Shown here: positions 1 through 12,137 of the stretch, piece by piece
Layout: each line of letters begins with the position of its first letter
Numbering within the stretch: the first letter of the stretch is position 1
From: Phoronis australis
Lineage: Eukaryota; Animalia; Phoronida
Length of the DNA stretch: 64,000 bases
NCBI GenBank assembly: GCA_002633005.1
Contig: NMRA01000206.1
Location: 595,203-659,202, forward strand
Direction: 5' to 3'
The notes under the pieces: model-generated
Database searches by the model: none
What the model saw: the letters and a program-made list of their open reading frames with translations, nothing else
Told to the model about the DNA's origin: nothing
Translations under genes and position numbers: made by a program

Positions 1-419
1 ATTTCAGATAATTCAAAATAAATCAAAATAGAAATCAGTGCCTTAAAAGGATACCGAACCGACTTGTTCATCCAATTCTGTGATACAAAATAGTAATCCC
101 TGAAAACCCCCAAAAGTTTGGAGGAAATTTGAAAAGTCCTTTCAAAGTCTGCTAAACGGGCAAGCATGACCTACGCTTTAAACGAATTACACGGCAACTG
201 TGGCGAACGACCATCAACCAAGAACAATCATATCCAATCTGTGACATAGGGAGTATGCACTTCGCCAATGATGCATTAGCAAGTGACAGAACGAGGATTG
301 GTGGAAATCATCAAGATAGGGTTTAGTATCCCTTTAAGGTTATATGAAGAGCCTTGCTTTACACTGCGGAGACCCTCTGGCAGATAACGCCTGCTGATGG
401 GTTGAAATTTCATTCTTAC

Positions 420-744
420 CTTTCTGAACTGGCTGAAATAAATCCCACTCTGGGTCGTCAACCGGACCAGTCTTCAGTTTTTTCATCCCGCATTGTAAAG
501 TGTGACTTACGCAGAGACACTGTGCCAAGTTGAAACTGAATGCGTGGCACCCAGCGTTAGCCGTGCATCCGCGTGCGCAAGTCACTGGCGTGGGTGCCTT
601 GAGAATTGTCGAATTCTTATTTATACTCATTCGTTTGCCAGCTGTTTTGAAATATTTTTCAGTCCTGTAGGTTTCTTCTCCAAGGACGAGAAAAACTACT
701 GTTACAGGTAAAAAAACTGCGACGGCACAAAGGGACCGCATCAC
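420..744 (-). CDS. First coding exon of a secreted PAN/Apple-domain protein (gene continues beyond the left edge or in unseen exons)
   Basis: Hydrophobic N-terminal signal peptide (MMRSLCAVAVFLPVTVVFLVLG), then a PAN/Apple pattern C-x3-C-x5-C-x-AF-x-F...C (TCARGCTANAGCHAFSFNLAQC) and WDLF. Strong donor AAG|GTAAGA at 420/419 (phase 1), so the ORF tail 340-419 is intron. Confidence 0.8.
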
Positions 745-1012
745 TGTTGTAAATGGAAATACCGATACGTGATTGTCGTATTGTACGATGTTTTTATTGA
801 TTCAAAATTATCCAAACACTGTTGTATTTGACTTTTGAATAGGAAAGAACTCTTTGACAGTCCATTGTTTGTCCTTTGAACACTAAAATCGCCACGACTA
901 TTATCGATACGCCTCGTTTTCATCTCGTGTACTCTTATTGCCCACTGACTATCCGCAGTGGCAAAATAAATGAACTACAGCAGTACAACAAGTCAGAGAG
1001 TTACAAAAACAG

Positions 1013-1130
1013 CACCATCATCACCACCACAAGCGCCAGCACCATCATCATCCATCACCATCACCGTCGACGTCTTCATCGTCATCGTCATCATCAATCA
1101 GTGTCGTCGTCGTCGTACGACCAACCATCA
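1013..1130. repeat. Degenerate (CAT/CAC/CGT)n trinucleotide microsatellite
   Basis: Runs of catcatcaccatcac and cgtcgtcgtc. Explains the His-rich and Asp-rich spurious ORFs here. Confidence 0.85.
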
Positions 1131-2106
1131 ATAGGATGACGATTCTGGCTGTTGAGCTACGGTCACAAATCAAGATAGATACAAGCCGATAAAACTCTAC
1201 AAGTTGTGATGGCGGACGACACGTGGTCAGTGTGCAGCGACATACCTTGACCAAACTACTCGTCATATCACGACCGGAATTGAATAACTTGCACATTAAT
1301 TGCCTGCGAAAAGCAGTAATGCATGTGTGTACAGTCCCGCCTCCAATATGCCTTTTAATAATAACGTAGCCAGTACCATTTTTGTTATTGCTTGGAAATG
1401 TTATATTGGCGCCGAAACATGTCGCGACAGGAAGTAGTGTTCAGACCTGCGCACTCATGAACCTAGTTTCTCGCGGCCTACAGCTGAACATGACATTGGT
1501 GTAATCTCGAACCTTTTGTGGACAGTTGACATTGTAGAAAAGTGTAAATTTTGTTCAAGTGCCGCGTTTGGTGTCGGTGAGTAGTGTTTCATAGTGAAGG
1601 AGTCCTTGGAAAATGTTTTTTTGATTGCCACTCCGACACTTGAACGAATTTATGGCCCGAAGTGGCTGAAAGTATGGCCTGGCAAACGTGTTATTTCACT
1701 GAAATGCTGTTTGTTTTTTGCACTTTCCACCCGTAATTTGCGCACTGTTCGCGACAGGGGTGACACACTCTAGCACTGAAGCACTGCGTACTGTGCACGC
1801 TAGGGTCAGGCCGTGAACATTGACACCAGGGGGAGCTGTGACAAACATTGCCCGCCGTCCTCACGAGTGCAAAGCGACTTCATTACATGAGATTGACGTT
1901 TGATTCCCACAAAAGACTGAGTGGCATTCAAACTTATCTCCCCTACATAGCACGCACTGCCGCACAATTCATAGACATTTCACTCTCATTACCGAGGAGT
2001 TTGATCATTGCCACGAAGATTTTCGTGTCGTTGTGGACGTGTCAAAATGGCTTTGGCTGTGTTTCTTGAGGCCAAACACTGGTTTACTGGCCATTGAACC
2101 TGAGGA

Positions 2107-2255
2107 GCGTTCAGTAACGCTAGGACCTACCCTAGGACCTCGCTAAAATCTACCCAAAATCACGTGTTAGAATTTAAAATACACGGCAAAACCTCATTTG
2201 ATCTCGCAAAGTCTCGCTTTTTAGCGAGGCCCTAGCCTTATTCGGAACTCTACCC
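2107..2255 (+). mobile_element. MITE family 1, copy 1 (TIR GTTCAGTAACGCTAGGACC; possibly PIF/Harbinger-type)
   Basis: Shares the TIR and the internal 'atacacggcaa...tctcgcaaag' core with copies at 5539, 17151 and 25638. Right TIR is degenerate. Confidence 0.75.
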
Positions 2256-3408
2256 GAGTATGTAAGAGCTTCATAAGTGCTTGAAACGCTTAGTTCGGGA
2301 GACATTTCATTGATTTCACTTCCTACACGTCTATGGTTGTAATTTCAACAATGAGCCATGTCATTGAGCTTTCCTGCGTCAGACGAAGAGCCTCTCGAGA
2401 TACAATTAAGGTTGGATGACATTTACTTTCGATAACTCAATATTTGCTACCAAATTTTAGTGTAAATTTTGACATATCAGTGACAAAGAAAAAATAAACA
2501 CACTAAAGTCAACAAGGCAGCCGCTGTCTTCTTATAAAACAGAGTAGAAATCCAGCGTTCAGAAACGTGACACCTGTTATTGACGCTTTCACGATAGCAG
2601 TTTTTTCACCAGTTAATTATGCGAGCTAATTATTTTTTATACTAAAACTGCTTAACGATAGTTCGGACGTGGAAAATGGATTCAATGTTGTGATATTTCT
2701 TCATTCGCGTAGCCGGAAGCTTGGTTAACATTTAAACAAAATCGTAATTGGTCTTCAACAACATTTAATTAATTGAATATTTTCAACTGTGTGCGCATTT
2801 TTATTACCGGGCTAAAGTGGGAAAACTGCTATTTGGACGGTTGTCAAAAATCTTACAGCAGAACGTTGCTACATCGCAAAGTTAAGATTGCACGCTTAAT
2901 TTTTTCAAAATTAGTTTAACAGATTTGGCCAAGAAAATGTAACACATTTTGACAGACTTTGTCGTCATGTATAATTTCAGAAAATATAAAGATGATTTAG
3001 TCCCATGAACGAAGTCCTTTTTCTGTTTTTTTCAAAAGGTTTGACAAACGTAATGGACTTGTAATGACATCAAAGGTCTTTTAAGCCGTGTTTCCCAAGG
3101 CAACTTCCAGAGTGCGCTGAAAAATATCAGCATCAAGTAAAAATTTATCTTGTACGACAATCCTTTACCAGTTGCTACCTTGTCGACTTTGAGTCAGGGT
3201 TCTTGTTTCCTAAATAAACATGTACGATTTTAACCCGATTTTTTACGACTTATAACAGGCCATGCTTAATATGCATGTAGAACTCGTGAACATTAATATC
3301 TCTCTGAAACGGGGCATTTTTAACATTCCTACCCTTAAACAGGATTGGAAGCCTGGACAGTGAAAGTGTAGAATCAAATGCCATCATATTACACTTAAAT
3401 TGAACATC

Positions 3409-4939
3409 AAAGTGGTGGCATTTCTGATGTCAATAACTACAGGCCTATATCTGTGTTGCCTATTCTCTCTGAAGTTATTGAAAAACACGTGCACAGTTCA
3501 TTTCACAAGTATCTAAACGAACATGGTCTTATTACTGCAGCTCAGTCTGGTTTCAGAGAAAGTCATTCTTGCGAGACTGCTCTCTTAAACATTGTCAATA
3601 ACTGGGCAAAACAAATGCATAAAGGCCTTATGACTGGCATTTTATTAATTGATTTTAAGAAAACGTTTGATATAGTAGACCATGAGATTTTTAATAGTAA
3701 AGTGTCTCTTTATAATGTATTTGTGGAGGCACGTTCTTGGTTCATGTCTTATTTACTTAAGAGTGCCCAATTGGTATCCCTGGGTGGCAAACTTTTGAGT
3801 CCACTTGAAATAACACACGGAGTGCCCCAGGGATCTATATTGAGTCCTCTCCTATTTTTAATTTTTATAAATGATCTACCACTGTACATGAATGCTCGAA
3901 CTAATATGTATGCGGATGATTCCACTCTTCATTATACCAGTAACTGTATTGGGGATATTTAGCATACTCTGCAGAATGACTTAAACAGTGTTGAAGAGTG
4001 GTGCAACGACAATAAAATGATAATTGATATAAAGAAAACCAAATATATATGTCTTGCTTCAAAGCAAAGAAGGGCTAGAAACCAAATACAACTTAATTTT
4101 TTATGTCCGGTGAGAGACTTGTAGAAGTCACTAGTGAGAAATTATTAGGAGTTAAAATTGATAATAGTTTATCTTGGGAATCCCACGTCTCTTATATAAT
4201 GGGTAAAATTAGACAAAGATTGGGATTATTGAAGCGAATTAAGCAATTTTTACCAATCGAAGGTAGAATTAAATTTTTCAGTGCATGTATTATGCCACAT
4301 TTAACTTACTGCGGCTCTGTATGGTCGGGTTGTTGCACTACTATTATGAATAAACTTGTCAAAATTCAGAAGCAGGCTGTAAGAATTATTCTTGGTAACT
4401 ATGAGGCACCATCTGTGACGTTGTTTGCAAATATTCGGTGGATGCCAATTAATATGTATTATGTTTTCCGCAGACTGTGCATGACTTTTAAATGTTTCCA
4501 TGAGGATGTTCCCCAGTATTTAGCTAATGAACTATCTCTAGTACGTAATAAACATTCGAGACATACCCGAAACTCAAATGCTGGCAATTTAGTTGTACCA
4601 AACTACAAAACATCCAAGTAGAGGAGTACTTTCTTTGTAGATGGAGTGATTGCCTGGAATGGTTTACCATTGGCTATTAAATCAGTTACTGTTAAACGTG
4701 CATTAAGAAGTAACTTAATAACTTATTTATTATCTAATTAACTGTATATCTGCATGCATGTCAAAAATTGTATATATTAATTATTTTATTTATTTAATTT
4801 TTCATTCATCTGTACATATCTTTGTTCATCTTATTTATTGATTTATTTTATTTATCTATTTATTGTAATTTCGAGGACCATGTGGTAGATAAGTTTTACA
4901 CTTAACATGTTTTTTATCCTCTATAAATAAAGTTATTAT
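3409..4939 (+). mobile_element. 5'-truncated, inactivated non-LTR retrotransposon (CR1/L2/Crack group) reverse transcriptase and 3' UTR
   Basis: RT motifs NYRPISVLP, QSGFRESHSC, IDFKKTFDIVDH, GVPQGSILSPLLF, YADD and KLLGVKID. Stop at 3960-3962, frameshift near 4100, stop at 4619-4621. AT-rich 3' UTR ends in AATAAA (4926-4931) plus a short GTTATTAT tail. Confidence 0.92.
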
Positions 4940-5538
4940 AAACCTGCACAGATCGAAACTGCTATCACGTGAACATATTTACCTGCTGAAATAATATTAC
5001 GATTGTAACTGCACAGAAATCAAGCCCTTCTAAAGGACTTATTCACTGGAAGATTCGACTTTTTGGTGTTTTCTTGTCACTCCGCCATTATATTTTTTAC
5101 CTAGTGGTAAACTCGAGAACTAAAGCATATACTTGGCTGATTGGCTGACATCCGGATCACTACATGACGTCATTACGTCAAAAACTAAAATTACAAGATG
5201 ACGATTTGATTGTTGTTTGTAGAGGAAAGTAAAAGAAGCGAAACATAACACCGTTTTCACGGGAATTTGGTCTGGTTAGAACTCCCCGTCCAAGCCCAAA
5301 GTGAATGAAGAAATAATTGTCGCCCTGGGTGCATTGTGGGAAATTTCCGGTATAGATACGTAAACCAGAAGCCCGTTTCACGAAGCTTTCTTGTTGTAAA
5401 TAAATCACCATTTGTCGGATTTCCATGACTAATATCATCCTTGAGACCATAACTATTTCACAAACCGACTCGCTTAGTTTTGTGAATTTACAACAGGTGG
5501 CGAAGTCGTACTTTGTATGCTCACCTACATCAAAATCA

Positions 5539-5660
5539 GTGTTCACTAACGCTAGGACCCCGTTAAGATCTAGCCAAAATCGCGTAATCACATTTAAGAT
5601 ACACGGCAATATCTCGCGAATTCCCGCTTCTTATCAAGATCCTAGCGTTACTGAACTCTC
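5539..5660 (+). mobile_element. MITE family 1, copy 2
   Basis: GTTCACTAACGCTAGGA ... TCCTAGCGTTACTGAAC terminal inverted repeats with the family core between them. Confidence 0.8.
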
Positions 5661-6935
5661 CCCCAACTTACTTTCCAAAGTTAAGCCCGAAAACAAAAAC
5701 AGACGTTGTGTTTATGAAAAGATTTTTTCCGAGTTTGTGTTTTCGTTCTTAACTCAGCACATTCTTGGTCTTAAATCTTTTAAGAGCCACAGTAGCTAGT
5801 GACGTCTTTGCTGAGGCGGATCGCCCTGAAACTCAGATCGCTGTTTTTTATCAATTACGAAGGCCCTACAATCTAAAGCAAGTGAAACCGATTTGGATAA
5901 TTTATTGTGTAGCTAACATAACATTTTGAAGGGAGGACATAATTGGCTCAAAGCTAACACGTGACATACCATCGTTCCACATATTTAGCGGCAGAATGAC
6001 GGTTAGTAATGGCATTGTTTTCACACCAGTTACGAGATTTTAATGAGGCGGTCATTATTGATTGTATATAGGTTGCCCATGTCAATGTTAAGACGTATGT
6101 GCAGTACTGCCGGTACACAGGTCAGTTATAGTGCAACACGACGCGGCACCTCCTACCGTCCGGCAATTATCTTGGGGCCCACGGTCTCGCGCACTCGTTC
6201 CCGCGTCTCAATTAATAACGATTTACAAGCATGAATTTAGCGCAGTCTTTATTATCTGATACCCTGTTCGGAACGATACATAAATGAACGCACCATAAAT
6301 TCCTTGACCTCAGTTAGGTACACGAACTCGAGCGGACTGTGATATTCAGGCGAGATCTTTACGTTGTTCAAGGCTCGTTTTGGCATTGGAATGTCGACCA
6401 TGTATTAATTTTAAGAATGGTCTTATCCCGGAAAATAAACGTCAAATAATGTATTGATCTTTACATTTATTGGGAATTAGTGTTGACAAAGAATTATGGA
6501 CCATACAGCTAAGACTCTTGTTTTTGCAGGCATGTCTATGGCCGTGCCGTCCATATGCTCCTATCCAAAAGTCATAGATCGGCAACATTACGTTGAACAA
6601 AAACGGAGTTGAGCGGAGCAGTGTTATTAAATACAAGAGAGCAATTTGATCGTTCACTGTTCAGAAACAATGAGATTTTAGTGCATCGACACCTCATTGA
6701 GAATGAGTTTGCAGTTCTTTCAATGGCTTAAACGCTTCAATATAACAAGATATTTCACAAATAATTTAATCGTCAGATTATCTTTCCACAATGCGTGAGC
6801 AGGCAACCTCGTCACACAAATTTATCTATTTACAACGAAGCAGACAAATGTCGTCTTTGTATAAACACTTTGAAATAGCACTTCGGCGTCTTCTCATAAC
6901 TCGTAAGTACAGTCTTGAGATTGGAAGTTGATGTA

Positions 6936-7028
6936 TTACGTAGCGAAGCTCGTGTACTGTCTGCTTGCCAACGCGTCCCTAAGGAACCAGGTGGTCAACG
7001 TACAGTGGCCAGTTGACGCGATCATCCT
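6936..7028 (-). CDS. Candidate terminal coding exon of the pLGIC gene (unconfirmed)
   Basis: Good acceptor ctttcaccatttcag|AGG. Phase-0 frame RMIASTGHCTLTTWFLRDALASRQYTSFAT* would fit after exon 12090-12137. No homology support, and other candidates exist (e.g. near 9360-9406). Confidence 0.25.
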   Translation of the reverse strand, partial: RMIASTGHCTLTTWFLRDALASRQYTSFAT

Positions 7029-8028
7029 CTGAAATGGTGAAAGTCATACTCTAAAAACTTAGTATCAAGTACGCATAGAAGTTAGTAAACATATATTGAG
7101 CGCTTCTTCAGCGGATCCAAACAGAGGAATTTTAGTAAAAGTAATAAAAATAAGAATACAGCGGTTTATTAAACCAAAATAATACCTACGAGACCCGGTG
7201 CGATGGCAGTCTTGTGTTAACATGCTTTATTTCACAACTCGACCGCGTTCCAACATTAAATCAACATTCATCATATTGTGAAACGATGTTCCATTGAGCA
7301 CCCAATATATCTTTCACTTAACCACGAAATTGATGCATCGTACGATTGGCCTAGAACTATACCACGCCACGATGCCGATTGCATTCCTATCAAGAGCGAG
7401 AGGACGAGAGAGGCGTGGATAGAGGGAGAGAGACGCTATATTCCGATTATATTGGAGGAAATTGTTTGCTCGCCACTACTAAAACGTATTCAAGTCAGGC
7501 CCCGTAAGACTTAATGAGAACACAGGTATCCCAAAACGTTCTGCTCAGTTATGGGCACGCATCAGGTTTCTTCGGACCGCTTCTGTTCAGTGATGGGCAC
7601 ACACTAATCATGATTCTCCGGGCAGCATATGTTTTGGTGGCTGGCTGGACGGGGAGAGCTTCCACGCAACAAAATCTGGAATTTGAATCAATGCCATTGT
7701 CCTGGATTCTAGGGAAAACAGATCTCGATCGTGTGATAAATTGCTGGCTTTTTTAAACAAAAAGCGACGCCAAGACTGCGTTCCGTAGAACTAAGAGACA
7801 CGCGAGAAAAGCAAGCGCGACACTGTGCTGTCTCTCGAAGTCTTGCGTGACCATGGCTTTTAAAAGTTGATTGGTAAAGCTGAGAATTCTCCCGGTTGGT
7901 TTTTTGTAGAACGAGGTCGAAATAGTTCTTAACTTACGGTGACTACCCAAGTCCTTCTTAGCGTTTGGAAGACAGACTTAGTACGAATAGAGAGCACAGT
8001 TACCGTACCCCGCAATTCTGACATACGT

Positions 8029-8387
8029 GGGTACCGTAGAATCTTACGCACGAGCCACCTACCAACCTATGAATTATGCATACGAGCCCATTTATCAAGC
8101 ATACGAACCCAAAATTCACGCACACGGACAAAACTCATGCGCACGAACCACACAAATCATAACATAAACATCTTATCACAGGCACAAACAGATGTTTCGT
8201 GCGTATGATTCGGTATGATTTGTGTTCGTATGTGTGATTTTTCGTGGTTCTTGCGCATGGTTTTTGTCCGTATTCGTGATTTTTGGGGTTCGTATGCTTG
8301 ATTCATAGGTTCGTATGCATGATTCATAGGTTGGTAGGTGGCTCGTGTGAAATATGCGATGCTCGTGCGTATGATTGTATGGTACGC
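8029..8387. mobile_element. Foldback/Mutator-like MITE, almost entirely palindromic, with 10-11 bp target-site duplication
   Basis: Left GGGTACCGTAGAATCTTACGCACGAGC matches the reverse complement of the right end (GCGTACCATACAATCATACGCACGAGC). Arms are ~150 bp. Flanked by the direct repeat CTGACATACG at 8018-8027 and 8388-8397. Confidence 0.88.
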
Positions 8388-11300
8388 CTGACATACGACA
8401 GCGTGGACACTAGGTATGACTTAAGTGCGACTCACACTCTTGATGACAACACGCAATTCAGGTATTAGTTGACTGACCAATCAAAGTCGGTCTTGGTTAT
8501 TATTCATGACGTCTCGCAAACTGAGATTATCTAATCTTTGCTTACAGATGCCGTTTCATCAGAACTCAAGAGGGTTCCCATGTGTACCGTACAATCTCCT
8601 CCGTATTTTGAAAGTTGGTGACCACTGACTTGTTTTTCAGTTCCGTGGAAACTTCGGCTTCAATTCAAAGAGCCCAAACAGAGAATTTTAATGACAATGA
8701 ATACCCAATCACTGTGGGCGACATGCTAACAACGCAAATGACATTAAGATTTGTGTAGTACATAAATGTCAGGTCTAAAGTGTCGCGTAAATGAACGCAG
8801 TTGTTCATTAACATTTAGAAAAGAACGTTTTTGATTCATACGCCGATCATAATACAGTTTTTCACGTTACTATTTCGAAAATACTTTCTTTACGACATTT
8901 CCTCTCATCAGTCCAGGAATTGGGACATGATGCAAACAGTTAAGCCAGTCAAGGGCAGTAAATGAACTAGATGCAAATCAGGTGGAATAGTATATCCCAG
9001 TGTTCCATAATTTAAACACTTTGACGACTTCCATACATGTAACCAGATACCACAAAGAGGGAGACAAATCTCCTGAAGAAGTCACTTTGGATGGCCAGTG
9101 GCGGACATTGTTGTTTCACGGACCGTAGTGTCACCTAGCGGGCATGTGGTCCGAAGAAAGCAAATAGGGTAGACACTCTTCCGTACTTCCTCGGAGGACA
9201 CAGCCGCTAGATGACGCTACGGCACATGAAACAATAATGGCGGCGGTCATTAGTCGTCTTTGATGTACCTGGTAATAGGCCAAAGCAACTCGGATCCAGT
9301 TGCTGTCAATGTTTTTTTTTGAGTATTGATGCAGTAATGTGGCATTTCTTTCTAGCTGTCATTTAAAAAACATCGGCGCCTGTTTTTTGACATAGAAGTC
9401 TAGTGCCTAGTGATGCGCAACATCAAAACTGATGCGGGTGGAGACCTGAACCAAATCAGTTTTTGTGCCACTTGTAACTCTAAACCCCACGGTGGTAACG
9501 TGATGAACATTGCCGCTGTGTACAAGTACTGGGTGTTTCACCAGCTGGAGCAATTTCATGCAACCAACTTCAATTAATTTGTAAACGACAAGCATCCACA
9601 ATGGAGAAGAAAAACGAATGGTTATTGTGTTTTTTGAGTGACGTTAAAGACTAGTTTGAAAACTGCCTTGAAACAATGGGTAGGTGGTAAGTTACGTCAT
9701 TAAAAGGGTTATACAACACTGGCAAATGCAGCTCTGAACACTAGCTTTAGAGGATTCCCGTTAAAAATGTCACTGGTCGTTGAACATAGATATTAGAATG
9801 GGCCGGCATAGGAGGATCACGACAAAACTCAGTCTTAAGATAAATAATTGCTTATTGAATACTGCAGAGCTCCGGAAATGGTTCAAATATTGTGTGCACT
9901 GTGAAATTTGTATCCTTCACAGTAAAGTTGCACCGTCGACGTAAACACGCGTCGAAATTTGAACTCTGTACAGTCGCACTGACAAGTTTGACTCTCCATT
10001 AGTGCTCAGCCGTCACATCCGGTATCTAAGCTTATAAAATAGTATTCAACCAGGCGATTTTGATATAGGAAAATCTTATCAATGAGGAACAAGCCGTCGA
10101 AGCCTTGTCGTTAAAACCGAATTGCAGCGGATGATTCGGTCACTGAGGAGAGTTTCAAGTGTTCAAAGTACAACCAATAATACAGCACGACAGAGGCTTC
10201 ACGACTAGACGAAATCAGAATTATAAAATGACTCATTTATAGTTGTCCTGGCTGTCATGTTTTGATATTGTGATTGCCTGTCACTGCAAAACCTCTTCAA
10301 TTTAAAACAAATACCTAATTAGATCCCGTCAAATAAGCCAATTTTACGAAAGCGTTTCCAGATATTGTAATGTTCTCTTCAAATAACATATAAAAGTAAG
10401 GTCAATGACATCACGCCACTTCTTTTGCGTAAGCCAATTCGTGGAATAAAGACAAATATTTCTTTTACATACACGCACACATCATACAGTACATGCCGCA
10501 ACCTTGGGAAAGGAAAAATGAAACCATAACAATGACCAATTCTGAAGTGTTCGAATATGGGCGTACATTAGAATCATTGGACAAAGAACTTGGGGAAAAT
10601 AGCAAATAAATCGGATGTGACGTCACAGGCATATCAAGCTGGGCATGCGCAACTCAGCAGGTGACGGGCAGGAATGGCGTAGGGAGATCGTAAGTTAATC
10701 GATTTACCCTCGCTTGCCGTCGTCGGCTAGTCAGCCTGTGGTATGGTGTACGGCATATTGTACAATGATCTTATGAGCATAGTCGTGGCACTACCTCGTG
10801 TATTATGGCGCTTGGGCTTTCGCGAGTTGTGGGCTGTTGTACTCCAGTTGAGCTTGCGTTGTATAAACTCCTGAAACAAGCAATGGGGTACGCTTATGTT
10901 AGTCGTGGGTAGACTGCGCACACCGCCACCACACGGCATCGAAGGAAACTTGGGTTACGAAGATAACATGCTAAGGCCAGTATTCAACAGCGAGTAGTGC
11001 AGTTATCGCAAGGATCCTTAAACGTAATCAAACAAAAATTAAGTCATGTTTTAATCCATTACCATATTGCCGATATAATTGGATTACATTTTTGTAGCAA
11101 AATATGTAACCCTGGTCAACCCCAAATATTTGCAGGGAGTTTGAAATTAAAACTCCCTTACGAATTTTCTTAATAGGCAATGTGACTCGTACATCAGGTA
11201 AATAAATGTACGGCTGTCTAGAAATAGAACCAGCTCCATCTTAAGGGCACACTTGTGAATTATTTCAGCACAGTAATGCCATCATGTCACACGAGATGTA

Positions 11301-12089
11301 ATGATTATACAGTAACAGTTCGTAGAACCGGTTTTGGAGAAGATCACGGACCGAGACGATGACATCATTTGAATTGAAATCATCGGCAAATTGATTTTAT
11401 GCTTTTTGTAGTGAAATTGCAGCGCAAAAGGAATTGTGCAGACCGCAACTTGTATACGCAAGTCAGGTAACGAGTGAAGCAATGAGAAGCCAAGTTAGAT
11501 GCGCTCATCAAACACTTCGAGTGAAACGGAGAGGTATCATTTCTCAATGCAACGGAAAAAGATAACTGAAATTAAATTCACAATAAATTCAGTTTAGATT
11601 ATAACCCGTGGAAACTATTCCATGGTCACGCTTCTAAAGTCCAGCTTCGATCCCCTCAACCCCAGGCCCGAACCAGCAAATATCCGCACCTGGGTTTGGC
11701 GTTTACTTATCCAGGACTGGGGTTTGGGGTATCATAGCAGAATTTGAAGGCGCGGTCAAGAAAACGTTCCCGTTCCCTGAATTCGAGCACTGTGTTGTCT
11801 TCCGTACGTGAAGGTCTCGAAAACTGCTTTACCTGAACAGTTGACGTCACATGCTGTGATCTGTAAGTTCAGTTTTGGGAAAAATGAATTCCTTGAATAA
11901 CTACAAGTTGACTACAGACGTAAAACAATAACTGATCTCTTTTCGGTATATAATGTAACCAAATAACCATAATTGGCAATATTTCTTGTCAAAAACTCTG
12001 AAGTGGTTTTCATGCCACCTTAGCAGAGCTTTTTATGACGTCATTGTTTCGTTTGAGAAATTGGGTGCATTACAAACATAATAACTTAC

Positions 12090-12137
12090 TAGATATTCAG
12101 CATCTTTTCGTTTCATAATACGTCGTCGCTTGCACGC
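12090..12137 (-). CDS. Cys-less pLGIC exon: polybasic post-M4 segment ACKRRRIMKRKDAEYL
   Basis: ttttgtcacag|GCG ... CTA|gtaagt. 48 nt, phase 0-0, in frame with the M4 exon. Too short for the ORF track. Confidence 0.8.

Noticed and set aside
876-1296. His-rich and Asp-rich ORFs
   Set aside because: They are translations of the CAT/CGT microsatellite.
1405-1430. GAAACATGTC as a further hammerhead half
   Set aside because: No upstream CTGANGA core or stem II.
7939-8468. Similar ORFs on opposite strands (RTSHLPTYE / HTSHLPTYE)
   Set aside because: A consequence of the palindromic MITE, not coding.
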